Origin: Anaerolineales bacterium
GTDB taxonomy: Bacteria > Chloroflexota > Anaerolineae > Anaerolineales > RBG-16-64-43
Assembly: GCA_016932475.1 (NCBI GenBank)
Contig: JAFGCU010000056.1
Coordinates: 13,787-77,786, forward strand
Direction of reading: 5' to 3'
Length of the DNA: 64,000 nt
Shown here: in pieces, positions 54,233 through 63,039 of the stretch
Position numbering within the stretch: the first letter of the stretch is position 1
Layout: each line of letters begins with the position of its first letter
Made by a program: the position numbers and the translations under genes
Notes under the pieces: generated by a model
What the model was told of the DNA's origin: nothing
The model's database searches: none
What the model saw: only the letters and a program-made list of their open reading frames with translations

Positions 54233-55675
54233 TTATTGGATCTTCCAGGTCGTGCCTTCCTTGCCGTCCTCAAGCGTCACCCCGATTTCAGCCAGCCGGT
54301 CGCGAATGGAATCGGAAAGCGCCCAATCCTTGCGCGCGCGGGCTTCGTGGCGTAACGCCGCCAGCAATTGGATCAACGAGGATTCCCTCACGCGCGATCC
54401 GGAGTCCCCTTTGGGAAGCAATCCCAGCACGTCCCCCGCCAGTTCGCGATACAGGGCCGCGTATTGCTCCAGATCCTTCTGCCCGGGCGCCTTTTCCGCG
54501 GCCAGGCGGATGTTGACTTCGCGCGTAAAATCGAACAGCACTGCGATCGCGGCGGGCGCGTTGAAATCCTCGTCCATCGCCCGGCGGAAACGGCCGCGGA
54601 CATCCTCCGCAAGATCGGATGCCGCTGAGCTTATAGGCCCGCTGTCCGGCGGCAACGCCGCCAGCCTCTGGAGCAGAGCCGGGTAGCCTCCGACCAGGCG
54701 CTCCCATCCGCGGCTCGCCCCCTGCATCGCTTCCTCCGAATAATCCAGCGGGCTGCGGTAGTTGCCGGACAGGATAAAGAATCGGATGGCTTCGGGACGG
54801 TATGCGGTCAACGCATCGCGGAGCGAGACAAAGTTGTTCAAGCTCTTGCTCATCTTCACGCCGCCCACCGTCAGCGAACCGGTGAGCAGCCAGTAACGCG
54901 CAAAGGGTTTGCCGGTCGCGGCTTCGGCCTGGGCGATCTCGCACTCGTTATGGGGGAAGATGTTGTCCACGCCCCCGCCGTGAATGTCGAACGTCTCGCC
55001 GAGGTATTTTGTGCTCATCGCCGAGCACTCGATGTGCCAGCCCGGAAAGCCCCAGCCCCATGGCGACGGCCAGCGCAGGATATGCTCCGGCTCCGCATTT
55101 TTCCAGAGCGCGAAATCCTCGGGGTGTTTTTTTTCCTCGCGCGCCCCGACCCGGGCGCCCCCTTCCTGTTCCTCCAGCAGGCGGCCGGACAATTTCCCGT
55201 ACGCGGGAAACGACCGTACATCGAAGTACACCGATCCGTTCAATGCATACGCGTGCCCCTTCTCCAGCAGCCGCTTGATCCATTCAATCTGTTCCGGAAT
55301 GTGGGCCGACGCGCGCGGGGAGATGTCCGGACGGACGACGCCCAGGGCGTCCATCCCCTCGAAGTATTCGCGCGTGTAGCGCTCCACCAGCTCCATCGGC
55401 TCCACCCGTTCGCGCACGGCGCCCTTGAGGATCCGGTCTTCTCCGCTGTCGAGCAGATGGCCGACGTCCGTGATGTTCTGAACGTAGCGAACCCGGTACC
55501 CGCTGTATCGAAGGTATCGGACGATCACATCGAAGGAGACGTAGGTCTTGGCGTGGCCGATGTGGGTGCTGGCGTATACGGTCGGGCCGCAGACATAAAT
55601 GTGGACCCGGCCTTCGGTGACAGGCTGGAATGGTTCGAGCTTGCGGACCAGGCTGTTGTATACGGTCAAAGGCAT
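54233..55675 (-). CDS. cysS: cysteine--tRNA ligase
   Basis: [18 protein letters not shown] (HIGH), [13 protein letters not shown]. Confidence 0.97.
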   Translation of the reverse strand: MPLTVYNSLVRKLEPFQPVTEGRVHIYVCGPTVYASTHIGHAKTYVSFDVIVRYLRYSGYRVRYVQNITDVGHLLDSGEDRILKGAVRERVEPMELVERYTREYFEGMDALGVVRPDISPRASAHIPEQIEWIKRLLEKGHAYALNGSVYFDVRSFPAYGKLSGRLLEEQEGGARVGAREEKKHPEDFALWKNAEPEHILRWPSPWGWGFPGWHIECSAMSTKYLGETFDIHGGGVDNIFPHNECEIAQAEAATGKPFARYWLLTGSLTVGGVKMSKSLNNFVSLRDALTAYRPEAIRFFILSGNYRSPLDYSEEAMQGASRGWERLVGGYPALLQRLAALPPDSGPISSAASDLAEDVRGRFRRAMDEDFNAPAAIAVLFDFTREVNIRLAAEKAPGQKDLEQYAALYRELAGDVLGLLPKGDSGSRVRESSLIQLLAALRHEARARKDWALSDSIRDRLAEIGVTLEDGKEGTTWKIQ

Positions 55676-55699
55676 GGCGACGTCCTGTTTTTGGAAGTT

Positions 55700-56779
55700 T
55701 TATTGTTGCGAATTACCGGAAGAGGGGTTTGCGCTGTTGTCGATCCGGGCAAAGATCATCCGTCCGGCGGAGGTTTGAAGAACCTTGGTGACGATCACGG
55801 TCATCGTCCGGTCGATGTACTTGCGCCCCTCATCGACCACGATCATCGTTCCATCCTCAAGGTAACCCACCCCCTGCCCCGGCTCTTTGCCTTCCTGGAT
55901 CAGGTAGACCGGGAGGGTTTCCCCCGGCAGGAAAATCACCCGGATCGCATTGGCGAGATCGTTCAAGTTCAAGACCACCACACCCTGCAGTTCGGCCACC
56001 CGGTTGAGGTTGTAGTCATTGGTGAGGATCGGACAGTGCAGCTGTTTCGCCAGGACGATTAGTTTTTCATCCGTGTTGCGGACTTCCTCAATGTCGAGGT
56101 CCGTTACCCGCAGCGGGGTGCGGTTGTCTTTGCGCAGCCGATTAAGCACCTCCAATCCGCGCCGCCCGCGCTGATGCCGGATCGGTTCGGACGAATCGGC
56201 GATGTATTGGAGTTCGTTCAAAACAAACCGCGGGACCAGCATGGTGGATTGCAGGAACCCGGTCGCGGCAACATCCGCAATCCGCCCGTCGATGATGACA
56301 CTGGTGTCGAGCAGAATGGTCCGCTCCTCGGCGACCGGCGCCGGGGCTGAGCGGGGAAGGCGCGCCCCGAACATGGCGAACAGATCGTCCTGGCGCATCA
56401 CAAAAAGGGTCACGCCCAGGTAGCAGAAGAAGATCGCGCCGATAAAAGGAAGGAAATTTCCGAACGGCGGCGGGAGGAGTGACAGCGGCAAGGACGCCAG
56501 GGCGCCGACGATCAATCCCGCCACCAGTCCGATCATGGCGGCAGAAAGCGAAGCGGCCGGCAACAGCGCGAGGGTCTTCCGGAGCGCTCGTACCGGGCGG
56601 GTGGTCAGATATGGGGTCAGGATCAGGCCGGTCAGGGCGCCCAGGGACGCGAACAACGACGCCCAGCGTTCACTCTCGCCCGGCACCTGGGCTAGGTCGG
56701 CCAGACGGATGCCCAGGAAAGCGCCCCCGACAATCAGAACCATCATCCCGGTGATGCGAAAAAAGAATTCGATGCTCAT
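55700..56779 (-). CDS. PIN/TRAM domain protein (YacL-like), N-terminal TM helices
   Basis: Inside ORF 55700..56935. Start MSIEFFFRITG. TM region, PIN (ILLDTSVIIDGRI...LNELQYIADS...ILTNDYNL), TRAM (GVGYLEDGTMIVVDEG...). The stop lies 24 nt before the cysS start. Confidence 0.85.
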   Translation of the reverse strand: MSIEFFFRITGMMVLIVGGAFLGIRLADLAQVPGESERWASLFASLGALTGLILTPYLTTRPVRALRKTLALLPAASLSAAMIGLVAGLIVGALASLPLSLLPPPFGNFLPFIGAIFFCYLGVTLFVMRQDDLFAMFGARLPRSAPAPVAEERTILLDTSVIIDGRIADVAATGFLQSTMLVPRFVLNELQYIADSSEPIRHQRGRRGLEVLNRLRKDNRTPLRVTDLDIEEVRNTDEKLIVLAKQLHCPILTNDYNLNRVAELQGVVVLNLNDLANAIRVIFLPGETLPVYLIQEGKEPGQGVGYLEDGTMIVVDEGRKYIDRTMTVIVTKVLQTSAGRMIFARIDNSANPSSGNSQQ

Positions 56780-57017
56780 CGTCAACCCTAAAAGAAAGGC
56801 GAAAGCAGATGGCCGCTTTCGCCCAGCAAATATCATTTCCCCGCTGGAATCCGGGGGAAGAAAGCCAAGCTGCGAATTAAAAGCGCGATAAGGCCAACTG
56901 CAAAAAATGGGAAATGATGCTTGTGATGATAGCACGCCGGGATGGCAAAGTCAAAGCGGCGGGAATAAGGCGATACAGCCGCCGGGCCTGGCCTAGCCAA
57001 GAGAGGCGGGAGCGCTT

Positions 57018-57026
57018 TGGTATACT
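57018..57026 (+). promoter_or_regulatory. extended -10 promoter element TGgTATACT
   Basis: ctttGGTATACTcc lies 26 nt before the GTG start at 57052, which is preceded by GGGAGG. Confidence 0.4.
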
Positions 57027-57051
57027 CCTAACGCATTTTCGGGAGGATGTT

Positions 57052-58527
57052 GTGCGATCCACAGGGATGCTGTTCCGCTGGTTTTCGATCGCGGTCATGC
57101 TGGCGACTGCGGGCCTGGTGCTGTTCGAGCTGGTGAGCTACAGCCGCGAACAAACTCGGATTCCGCGCGGCGTGACGATCGCCGGCTTGCCCGCCGGCGG
57201 CATGACCTCGCAGGAAGCCATGCAGATGCTGCTGCAAGTCTACAGCCAGCCGGTCGAAGTGCGCTACAACGAGAGTGTTTTTTATATTCTCCCCTCCCAG
57301 GTCGGTTTCTCTCTCGATACCACCAGCATGCTGGCCGCCGTCGACGCCTACGAAACCCTGCTCCCATCCTGGGAGGGATTCTGGGCTTTCTTATGGAACT
57401 CCCCCGCTGATGCCCATACGATCCCGATTAAAGCTGAGTACTCCCGGACGCAGCTGACGGCCCTGATGGAGGATCTCGCCGCGCGGTACGATCTGCCCCC
57501 TATCCCGCCCCAACCTGAACCGGGACGCCCGTTCTTCAAGGCCGGCACTCCGGGAACCGTGCTGGACCGGGAAAAAGGGGCTGAACTCCTGGTTGAGGCG
57601 CTGTATTCACCCAGCGAACGGCGGGTGAACCTGCCGGTGGTTTCCAACCAGCGAAGCCTGCCGTCATTGGATTCGCTCGACACCCTGATCAAACAATTAA
57701 CAGCCGTCAATAATTATTTCGGGTTGATCGATGTCTATATGGTCAACCTGCAAACCGGGCAGGATTTACACCTGATTCACATGAGCGGCGAGGATTTTTC
57801 CGGCGACCCGGATGTGGCCTTTACCGCCGTCAGCACGATAAAAATTCCGATCCTGCTGGCCACCTTCGTCCAGCGGGACCTGCCATTGGACCTGCAAACA
57901 GAGAAATGGCTCAAAGACATGCTCGGAGTCGAATCCGGCAACGACCCGGCCGATTGGTTGATGCAAAGCCTGGATCCGGCGCGGGGACCGCTGATCGTAA
58001 CCCAGACCCTGCGGGAGATGGGTTTGGTGAATACCTTCATCGCCGGGTACTTCAAACCCGGATCCGGGCTGCTGGAGGCGATCAAGTCCCCCGCCAACCA
58101 GCGCGACGACATCCAGACCGACCTCGATCCATACAATCAGACCACCCCCGTGGACATGGGCCTCCTGCTGCAGGATATCTATCAGTGCTCGAACGGCGGC
58201 GGCACACTGCTGATGAAGTTTGTTGGGAAAATTACCGCCGAAGAGTGCGGCGTCATGCTGGATTACATGGCGAACGATACCATCGGCGTATTCATCCAAG
58301 CGGGCGTTCCCGAGGGCACCAAAGTGGTCCACAAGCACGGCTGGGATCCGGGCATCTTCCACACCTTCGGGGACGCTGCGATCGTCTATACGCCCGGCGG
58401 CAACTACGTGCTCTCCATCTTCCTGTGGCAGGAAGACTGGCTGTTGTGGGACGTCGGCTCCCGAGTCATCTCCGAGGTTTCCAAGGCGGTTTACAACTAC
58501 TTCAATCCGCCGACCGGCACGCGCTGA
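57052..58527 (+). CDS. membrane-anchored class A beta-lactamase-fold serine hydrolase with N-terminal YoaR/VanW-like domain
   Basis: Inside ORF 56914..58527. GTG at 57052 lies 5 nt after GGGAGG. TM WFSIAVMLATAGLVLF. SxxK (STIK), SDN-like (SGN), KTG-like (KHG). Confidence 0.75.
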   Translation: MRSTGMLFRWFSIAVMLATAGLVLFELVSYSREQTRIPRGVTIAGLPAGGMTSQEAMQMLLQVYSQPVEVRYNESVFYILPSQVGFSLDTTSMLAAVDAYETLLPSWEGFWAFLWNSPADAHTIPIKAEYSRTQLTALMEDLAARYDLPPIPPQPEPGRPFFKAGTPGTVLDREKGAELLVEALYSPSERRVNLPVVSNQRSLPSLDSLDTLIKQLTAVNNYFGLIDVYMVNLQTGQDLHLIHMSGEDFSGDPDVAFTAVSTIKIPILLATFVQRDLPLDLQTEKWLKDMLGVESGNDPADWLMQSLDPARGPLIVTQTLREMGLVNTFIAGYFKPGSGLLEAIKSPANQRDDIQTDLDPYNQTTPVDMGLLLQDIYQCSNGGGTLLMKFVGKITAEECGVMLDYMANDTIGVFIQAGVPEGTKVVHKHGWDPGIFHTFGDAAIVYTPGGNYVLSIFLWQEDWLLWDVGSRVISEVSKAVYNYFNPPTGTR

Positions 58528-58694
58528 TCCGCCAACGGCAGCCCCGGATTCCGGATTTCGGCTCTCTTTCCACTGATGTTCCACGTGAAACAATCCCGCC
58601 GGGAGTGGGGTAAAATCCCCCCCGCTCCCATTCCCATCCGACCGGTTCGAAAGGCAAGTGATCCAGCGGTTTGTTTACCTGTCCCGCATCCCTC

Positions 58695-58724
58695 TTGACC
58701 GGGGCGGCTCAGATCACCGGTCAA
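58695..58724. promoter_or_regulatory. inverted repeat TTGACCGG-N14-CCGGTCAA (candidate operator)
   Basis: Perfect 8-bp arms, 65 nt upstream of the methyltransferase ATG at 58789. Confidence 0.3.
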
Positions 58725-58788
58725 TCGGCAGCTCTGGATACGTATTCACAAAACGCAGGCTGCTCGACCGGCTTCCGTAACGAGGCAT

Positions 58789-59691
58789 ATGAACCGACAC
58801 CCGATCTGCGACTACGAAAACTCCGATTATCAACAATCCTTCTGGGACAGCGGTACCCGCCGGTACGAGGATTTGTGCGAAGCCCGGGCGATTGCGCGCT
58901 TGATGCCGCGCAAGGGCCGGCTGCTACTTGAATTGGGCGCCGGAACCGGCCGCAACACGCTCCGCTATCAGGGGTACGGGAAAATCGTCCTGCTGGATTA
59001 CTCGCGCACCCAGCTCCGTCAAGCGCGGGAAAGGCTTGGGGATTCCGGGCAATTTTTATTCGTCGCGGCGGATGTCTACAATATCCCCTTTGCATCGGCT
59101 CTTTTCGACGCCGCCACCATGATCCGCACCCTGCATCATATGGCGGATCCGCCGGCCGCCCTGCGGGAAGTTCGCCGGGTGCTCGCGCCGCAATCCGCCT
59201 TCCTGCTGGAATTCGCCAATAAGCGCAATCTTAAGGCCATCCTCCGTTATCTATTCCGCCGACAGGAATGGAATCCGTTCGCTCCGGATCCAATCGAGTA
59301 TTTACCGTTGAATTTCGATTTTCATCCGCGGTCGGTCCGCGGCTGGCTATCCGAAAACGGCTTCCGCGTCCGCGATCAGGCGACCGTCTCCCATTTCCGG
59401 ATCGGCCTGCTGAAGAAGGCCGTCCCCGCGGGATTGCTTGCTTACCTGGATTATCTTATTGGATTTACCGGCAACCTCTGTCAGTACTCACCGAGCGTTT
59501 TCGTCCTGGCGCAATCGGATGGAGCCGGTCCGGCGGAGCCGGCGGGCTTCTTCCAATGCCCGAACTGCGGCAATCCGGATCTGAAGGAAGATCCGCCGGC
59601 CTCGATGCTTTCCTTGGTTTGCGGTGAGTGTAAAAAGCGGTATGCAATCCGGGACGGAATTTACGACTTTAAAGAGTCATTACCTTTATAA
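58789..59691 (+). CDS. class I SAM-dependent methyltransferase with C-terminal Trm112-like zinc ribbon
   Basis: LELGAGTGRNT motif I. C-terminal CPNC...CGECKKRYAIRDGIYDF. Confidence 0.8.
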   Translation: MNRHPICDYENSDYQQSFWDSGTRRYEDLCEARAIARLMPRKGRLLLELGAGTGRNTLRYQGYGKIVLLDYSRTQLRQARERLGDSGQFLFVAADVYNIPFASALFDAATMIRTLHHMADPPAALREVRRVLAPQSAFLLEFANKRNLKAILRYLFRRQEWNPFAPDPIEYLPLNFDFHPRSVRGWLSENGFRVRDQATVSHFRIGLLKKAVPAGLLAYLDYLIGFTGNLCQYSPSVFVLAQSDGAGPAEPAGFFQCPNCGNPDLKEDPPASMLSLVCGECKKRYAIRDGIYDFKESLPL

Positions 59692-60818
59692 GGAAGCCAA
59701 TTCCAAATTAAATCCGCGATATCATCCGCCGCCTGGGGTTTGGCGATCCGCTTGCAGGCCGCGGCCGCGCTTTCCCGCAATTTGGGATTCGCAATCCAGC
59801 GCCGGACAGCGCGAGCCGTCCGTTCCGTTCCGGGAGCCCACCGCCCCGTTCCTTCTTCGACCACATACCGGACATTCCCGTCTTCCTGCCCGGGGATCCG
59901 GCTGTTTAGCACCATCGGCAGTCCGCAGGCGAGCGATTCACTGATCGTTCCCGGGCCGGCTTTGGTGACCAGAATATCCGCCGCATTCATGAAATCCGGC
60001 ATGTTGTTGACAAAGCTGTACACGAAAAACGGGACCGTCCAATCCGCGGATTCCATCCGCAGCTTCAGCTTTTCGTTGCGGCCGGTGATCACCACCAGCG
60101 CGCATTCCGGGCTGGTGTAGGAAATCTGGCGCGCCGTGTCATACAACGGCCCCATCCCCTCAGCCCCGCCGACCATCAGGACGACCAGGCGGTCTTGAGG
60201 CCATCCCAGCTTTTCCCGCAGGGATTGTTTATCCATGGTGAGCAGGAATTTCTTGCTGATGGGGAGCCCCAGGAGCTTGACCTGCTCGGACCGCAGGCCG
60301 TTGTGCAGCGCGCTGCGGCGCACCTGCTCGGTGGGGACGACACAAACATCCTCGCGCCGGTGAAACCAGTAATTCGGCGCCGTCACCAGATCGGTGACCG
60401 CGGTGATGAACGGTGGACGGTGTTTTCCAAGCGCGCGCAGGACCGGGGCGTTGAACAACGGATGGACACAGAAAACCAGGTCCATCGGATGTTCGCGGAC
60501 CAGCTGCTTGGCGGCGGGACGGATCCATGGCCAGAGCGTGTCCATCATGAATGCCGCCCGGCGCCGGCCGTCCACCATGCGGTAGCCGAGCCCCCACAGG
60601 TTGGGGATCTTCACCATCGCCGGGTATAACTCGGGCGCCCTGTTAAAAGGATACGGGGCGTAAGCCTTGAAGACATCGACCATGTCCAGTTCGAATTCGC
60701 CCGGATGCTTGTCTTCCAGGCTCTCGATCACCGCCTGCGCCGCGCTTCGGTGTCCGCCGCCGGTGTCGGAGAAGAGGACGAGTATTTTAGGTTTTCGGGG
60801 CATCTGAGTGAGAGGCAT
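59661..60818 (-). CDS. MGDG-synthase/UgtP-type diacylglycerol glycosyltransferase (GT28)
   Basis: KILVLFSDTGGGHRSAAQAV N-terminus. C-terminal GT-B motifs (ADILVTKAGPGTISE). The true start may be M6 (60803). Confidence 0.85.
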   Translation of the reverse strand: MPLTQMPRKPKILVLFSDTGGGHRSAAQAVIESLEDKHPGEFELDMVDVFKAYAPYPFNRAPELYPAMVKIPNLWGLGYRMVDGRRRAAFMMDTLWPWIRPAAKQLVREHPMDLVFCVHPLFNAPVLRALGKHRPPFITAVTDLVTAPNYWFHRREDVCVVPTEQVRRSALHNGLRSEQVKLLGLPISKKFLLTMDKQSLREKLGWPQDRLVVLMVGGAEGMGPLYDTARQISYTSPECALVVITGRNEKLKLRMESADWTVPFFVYSFVNNMPDFMNAADILVTKAGPGTISESLACGLPMVLNSRIPGQEDGNVRYVVEEGTGRWAPGTERTARAVRRWIANPKLRESAAAACKRIAKPQAADDIADLIWNWLPYKGNDSLKS

Positions 60819-61008
60819 TTAATCCTCGATGCAGGATGGTCTTGATCCGTTTCGCCAGATCCCGGCGCTCCAATAGAATCCGGTGCCCGCATCCCTGGCA
60901 TTGGATGCCGATATCCGCGCCCAGCCGGACAACTTCCCACTCCCGGCTTCCGCAGGGATGCGGCTTGCGCAATTGGACAATGTCGCCCAGGGAAAGATCG
61001 GCCAGCAT
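60787..61008 (-). CDS. DUF951-like small protein
   Basis: It is the last 73 codons of the long ORF 60787..61872. MLADLSLGDIVQLRKPHPCGSREWEVVRLGADIGIQCQGCGHRILLERRDLAKRIK matches the remembered DUF951 pattern. Confidence 0.75.
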   Translation of the reverse strand: MLADLSLGDIVQLRKPHPCGSREWEVVRLGADIGIQCQGCGHRILLERRDLAKRIKTILHRGLNASHSDAPKT

Positions 61009-61092
61009 GCCGTCATTATAATCACACCCGGCGGCGTTTGAGCATGGCCTGCATGGTAGAATAATATTGCAGTCTTTTAAGGGAGGTGCGTC

Positions 61093-61986
61093 ATGGATGA
61101 ACAGAAAATCACAGGTTCCTTCACCGTCAAGAAGGGACTGGCCCAGATGCTCAAAGGCGGTGTGATCATGGATGTGGTCACACCCGAACACGCGAAGATC
61201 GCCGAGGCCGCCGGCGCCTGCTCGGTGATGGCGCTCGAACGCGTTCCGGCGGATATCCGCGCGGACGGCGGCGTGGCCCGGATGAGCGATCCGGGGTTGA
61301 TCGGGCAGATCATGGAAGCCGTTTCGATTCCGGTCATGGCCAAGTGCCGGATCGGGCATTTCGTGGAGGCGCAGGTGCTGGAAGCGATCGGAGTCGATTA
61401 CATCGACGAATCCGAAGTGCTCACGCCGGCGGATGAGGAGCATCACATCTACAAGCACGATTTTAAAGTTCCCTTTGTCTGCGGCTGCCGCAACCTCGGC
61501 GAAGCGCTGCGGCGAATCGGGGAAGGCGCGGCGATGATCCGCACCAAAGGCGAGGCCGGGACCGGCGATGTGGTCGAGGCGGTCCGCCACGCCCGCACCG
61601 TGTTCGGGGAAATCCGCCGGCTGCAGAACCTTCCGGATGAGGAACTGATGGCGTTCGCCAAATCGATCGGCGCGCCTTTTGAACTGGTAAAGGAAACCAA
61701 GGAACTCGGCCGGCTGCCGGTGGTGAATTTCGCCGCAGGCGGGATAGCGACTCCGGCCGACGCGGCGTTGATGATGCAGCTGGGGATGGACGGGGTGTTT
61801 GTCGGATCGGGGATTTTCAAATCCGGCGATCCGGCCAGGCGCGCCGCGGCGATCGTCAAGGCCGTCACGCATTTCCGCGACGCTGGGATCATCGCCGAAG
61901 TCAGCCGGGATCTCGGCGAGCCGATGGTCGGCCGCCAGATTTCAACGATGTCGAAAGAGGAACGCATCGCCGGCCGGGGTTGGTAG
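61093..61986 (+). CDS. pdxS: pyridoxal 5'-phosphate synthase lyase subunit PdxS
   Basis: [42 protein letters not shown]... canonical PdxS. Confidence 0.97.
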   Translation: MDEQKITGSFTVKKGLAQMLKGGVIMDVVTPEHAKIAEAAGACSVMALERVPADIRADGGVARMSDPGLIGQIMEAVSIPVMAKCRIGHFVEAQVLEAIGVDYIDESEVLTPADEEHHIYKHDFKVPFVCGCRNLGEALRRIGEGAAMIRTKGEAGTGDVVEAVRHARTVFGEIRRLQNLPDEELMAFAKSIGAPFELVKETKELGRLPVVNFAAGGIATPADAALMMQLGMDGVFVGSGIFKSGDPARRAAAIVKAVTHFRDAGIIAEVSRDLGEPMVGRQISTMSKEERIAGRGW

Positions 61987-62453
61987 TGGCTGATCCGATC
62001 CATATCCGGCGCGGGATGTCCGCCGACATTCCTGTGATCACGCGTCACCGTTTGGGGATCTTCGCCGAAATGGGTTTCGGCGATCCATCCACTTGCGCGG
62101 AGTACGCCGCCGGATTTCAAACGTTCGCGGCGCGGGAAATGGCGGCGGGGCGTTTTCATTCGTGGCTCGCGGAAGACGATGGCGGCGTAATTGTCGCCGG
62201 AGGGGCGGTCTTGATCGTGCCATGGCCGGCCAATCCAAAACACCGCAAGCAGCAGCGGGCATTCCTCTTTAACGTATTCACGGAACCGGCGCTTCGCCGG
62301 AGGGGGATCGCCCGCACCCTTGTCCAGACCATGCTGGATTGGTGCCGCGGACAGGAGTTCGGTTCGGTTTTTCTTCATGCCAGCGATGCCGGCCGGCAGC
62401 TCTATCAATCGATGGGATTTCAAACAACCTCCGAAATGCGTTTCGACTTTTAG
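61980..62453 (+). CDS. GNAT family N-acetyltransferase
   Basis: [17 protein letters not shown] (motif A). The start is TTG 61980 or GTG 61986, overlapping the pdxS stop. Confidence 0.8.
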   Translation: MVVADPIHIRRGMSADIPVITRHRLGIFAEMGFGDPSTCAEYAAGFQTFAAREMAAGRFHSWLAEDDGGVIVAGGAVLIVPWPANPKHRKQQRAFLFNVFTEPALRRRGIARTLVQTMLDWCRGQEFGSVFLHASDAGRQLYQSMGFQTTSEMRFDF

Positions 62454-62455
62454 CC

Positions 62456-63037
62456 ATGACCATCGGTGTCCTCGCCCTGCAGGGCGATTTTGAAGAGCAC
62501 ATCCATAAGCTCAGCTGCATTAATGTGCCCGCGGTCGAAGTGCGCCTGCCCGCGGATCTGGCCGGGCTCGCGGGGCTGATCATTCCGGGCGGCGAAACGA
62601 CCACCTTCCGCAACCTGGCGGAATCCTTCGGCATGATCGAACCGCTGCGGGAGTTCGGGAAACGCCGCGCCCTGTGGGGAACCTGCGCCGGCGCGATCGT
62701 TCTGGCGCGCGACATCGGCCGCGAACAATCCGTGCTCGGGTTGATGGACATTTCGGTCGAACGCAATGCCTTCGGGCGGCAGCTGGATTCGTTCGAGGTG
62801 GATCTCGAGATCCCCGCCCTTTCGCCCGCGCAGCCGCCGGCGTTCCACGCCGTTTTCATCCGCGCACCCGCGATCGTGCGCGCCGGAGAGGGGGTCGAGG
62901 TGCTCGCCCGGCTGCCGGATGGCACAATCGTCGCCGCCCGCCAGAAAAATTTCCTGGCGACCTGTTTCCATCCCGAACTCACCGCCGACGATCGGATTCA
63001 CCGGCTCTTCCTGGAGATGGTTAAGGCTTCCGGTTGA
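62456..63037 (+). CDS. pdxT: pyridoxal 5'-phosphate synthase glutaminase subunit PdxT
   Basis: Tail of ORF 62339..63037. MTIGVLALQGDFEEH, GLIIPGGETT, WGTCAG, FHPELT. Confidence 0.95.
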   Translation: MTIGVLALQGDFEEHIHKLSCINVPAVEVRLPADLAGLAGLIIPGGETTTFRNLAESFGMIEPLREFGKRRALWGTCAGAIVLARDIGREQSVLGLMDISVERNAFGRQLDSFEVDLEIPALSPAQPPAFHAVFIRAPAIVRAGEGVEVLARLPDGTIVAARQKNFLATCFHPELTADDRIHRLFLEMVKASG

Positions 63038-63039
63038 CC

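Noticed and set aside
55676-55699. T-box or other leader upstream of cysS.
   Set aside because: Only 24 nt separate the PIN/TRAM gene stop from the cysS start, which leaves no room for a leader. The genes are probably co-transcribed.
60819-61025. 68-aa ORF listed at the DUF951 locus.
   Set aside because: It is in the wrong frame. The DUF951-like sequence is in the frame of 60787..61008.
61009-62423. The upstream 288 codons of ORF 60787..61872, and ORF 61449..62423, antisense to pdxS and the GNAT gene.
   Set aside because: Both are shadow frames of pdxS and the GNAT gene. Only the last 73 codons of 60787..61872 (DUF951-like) look real.
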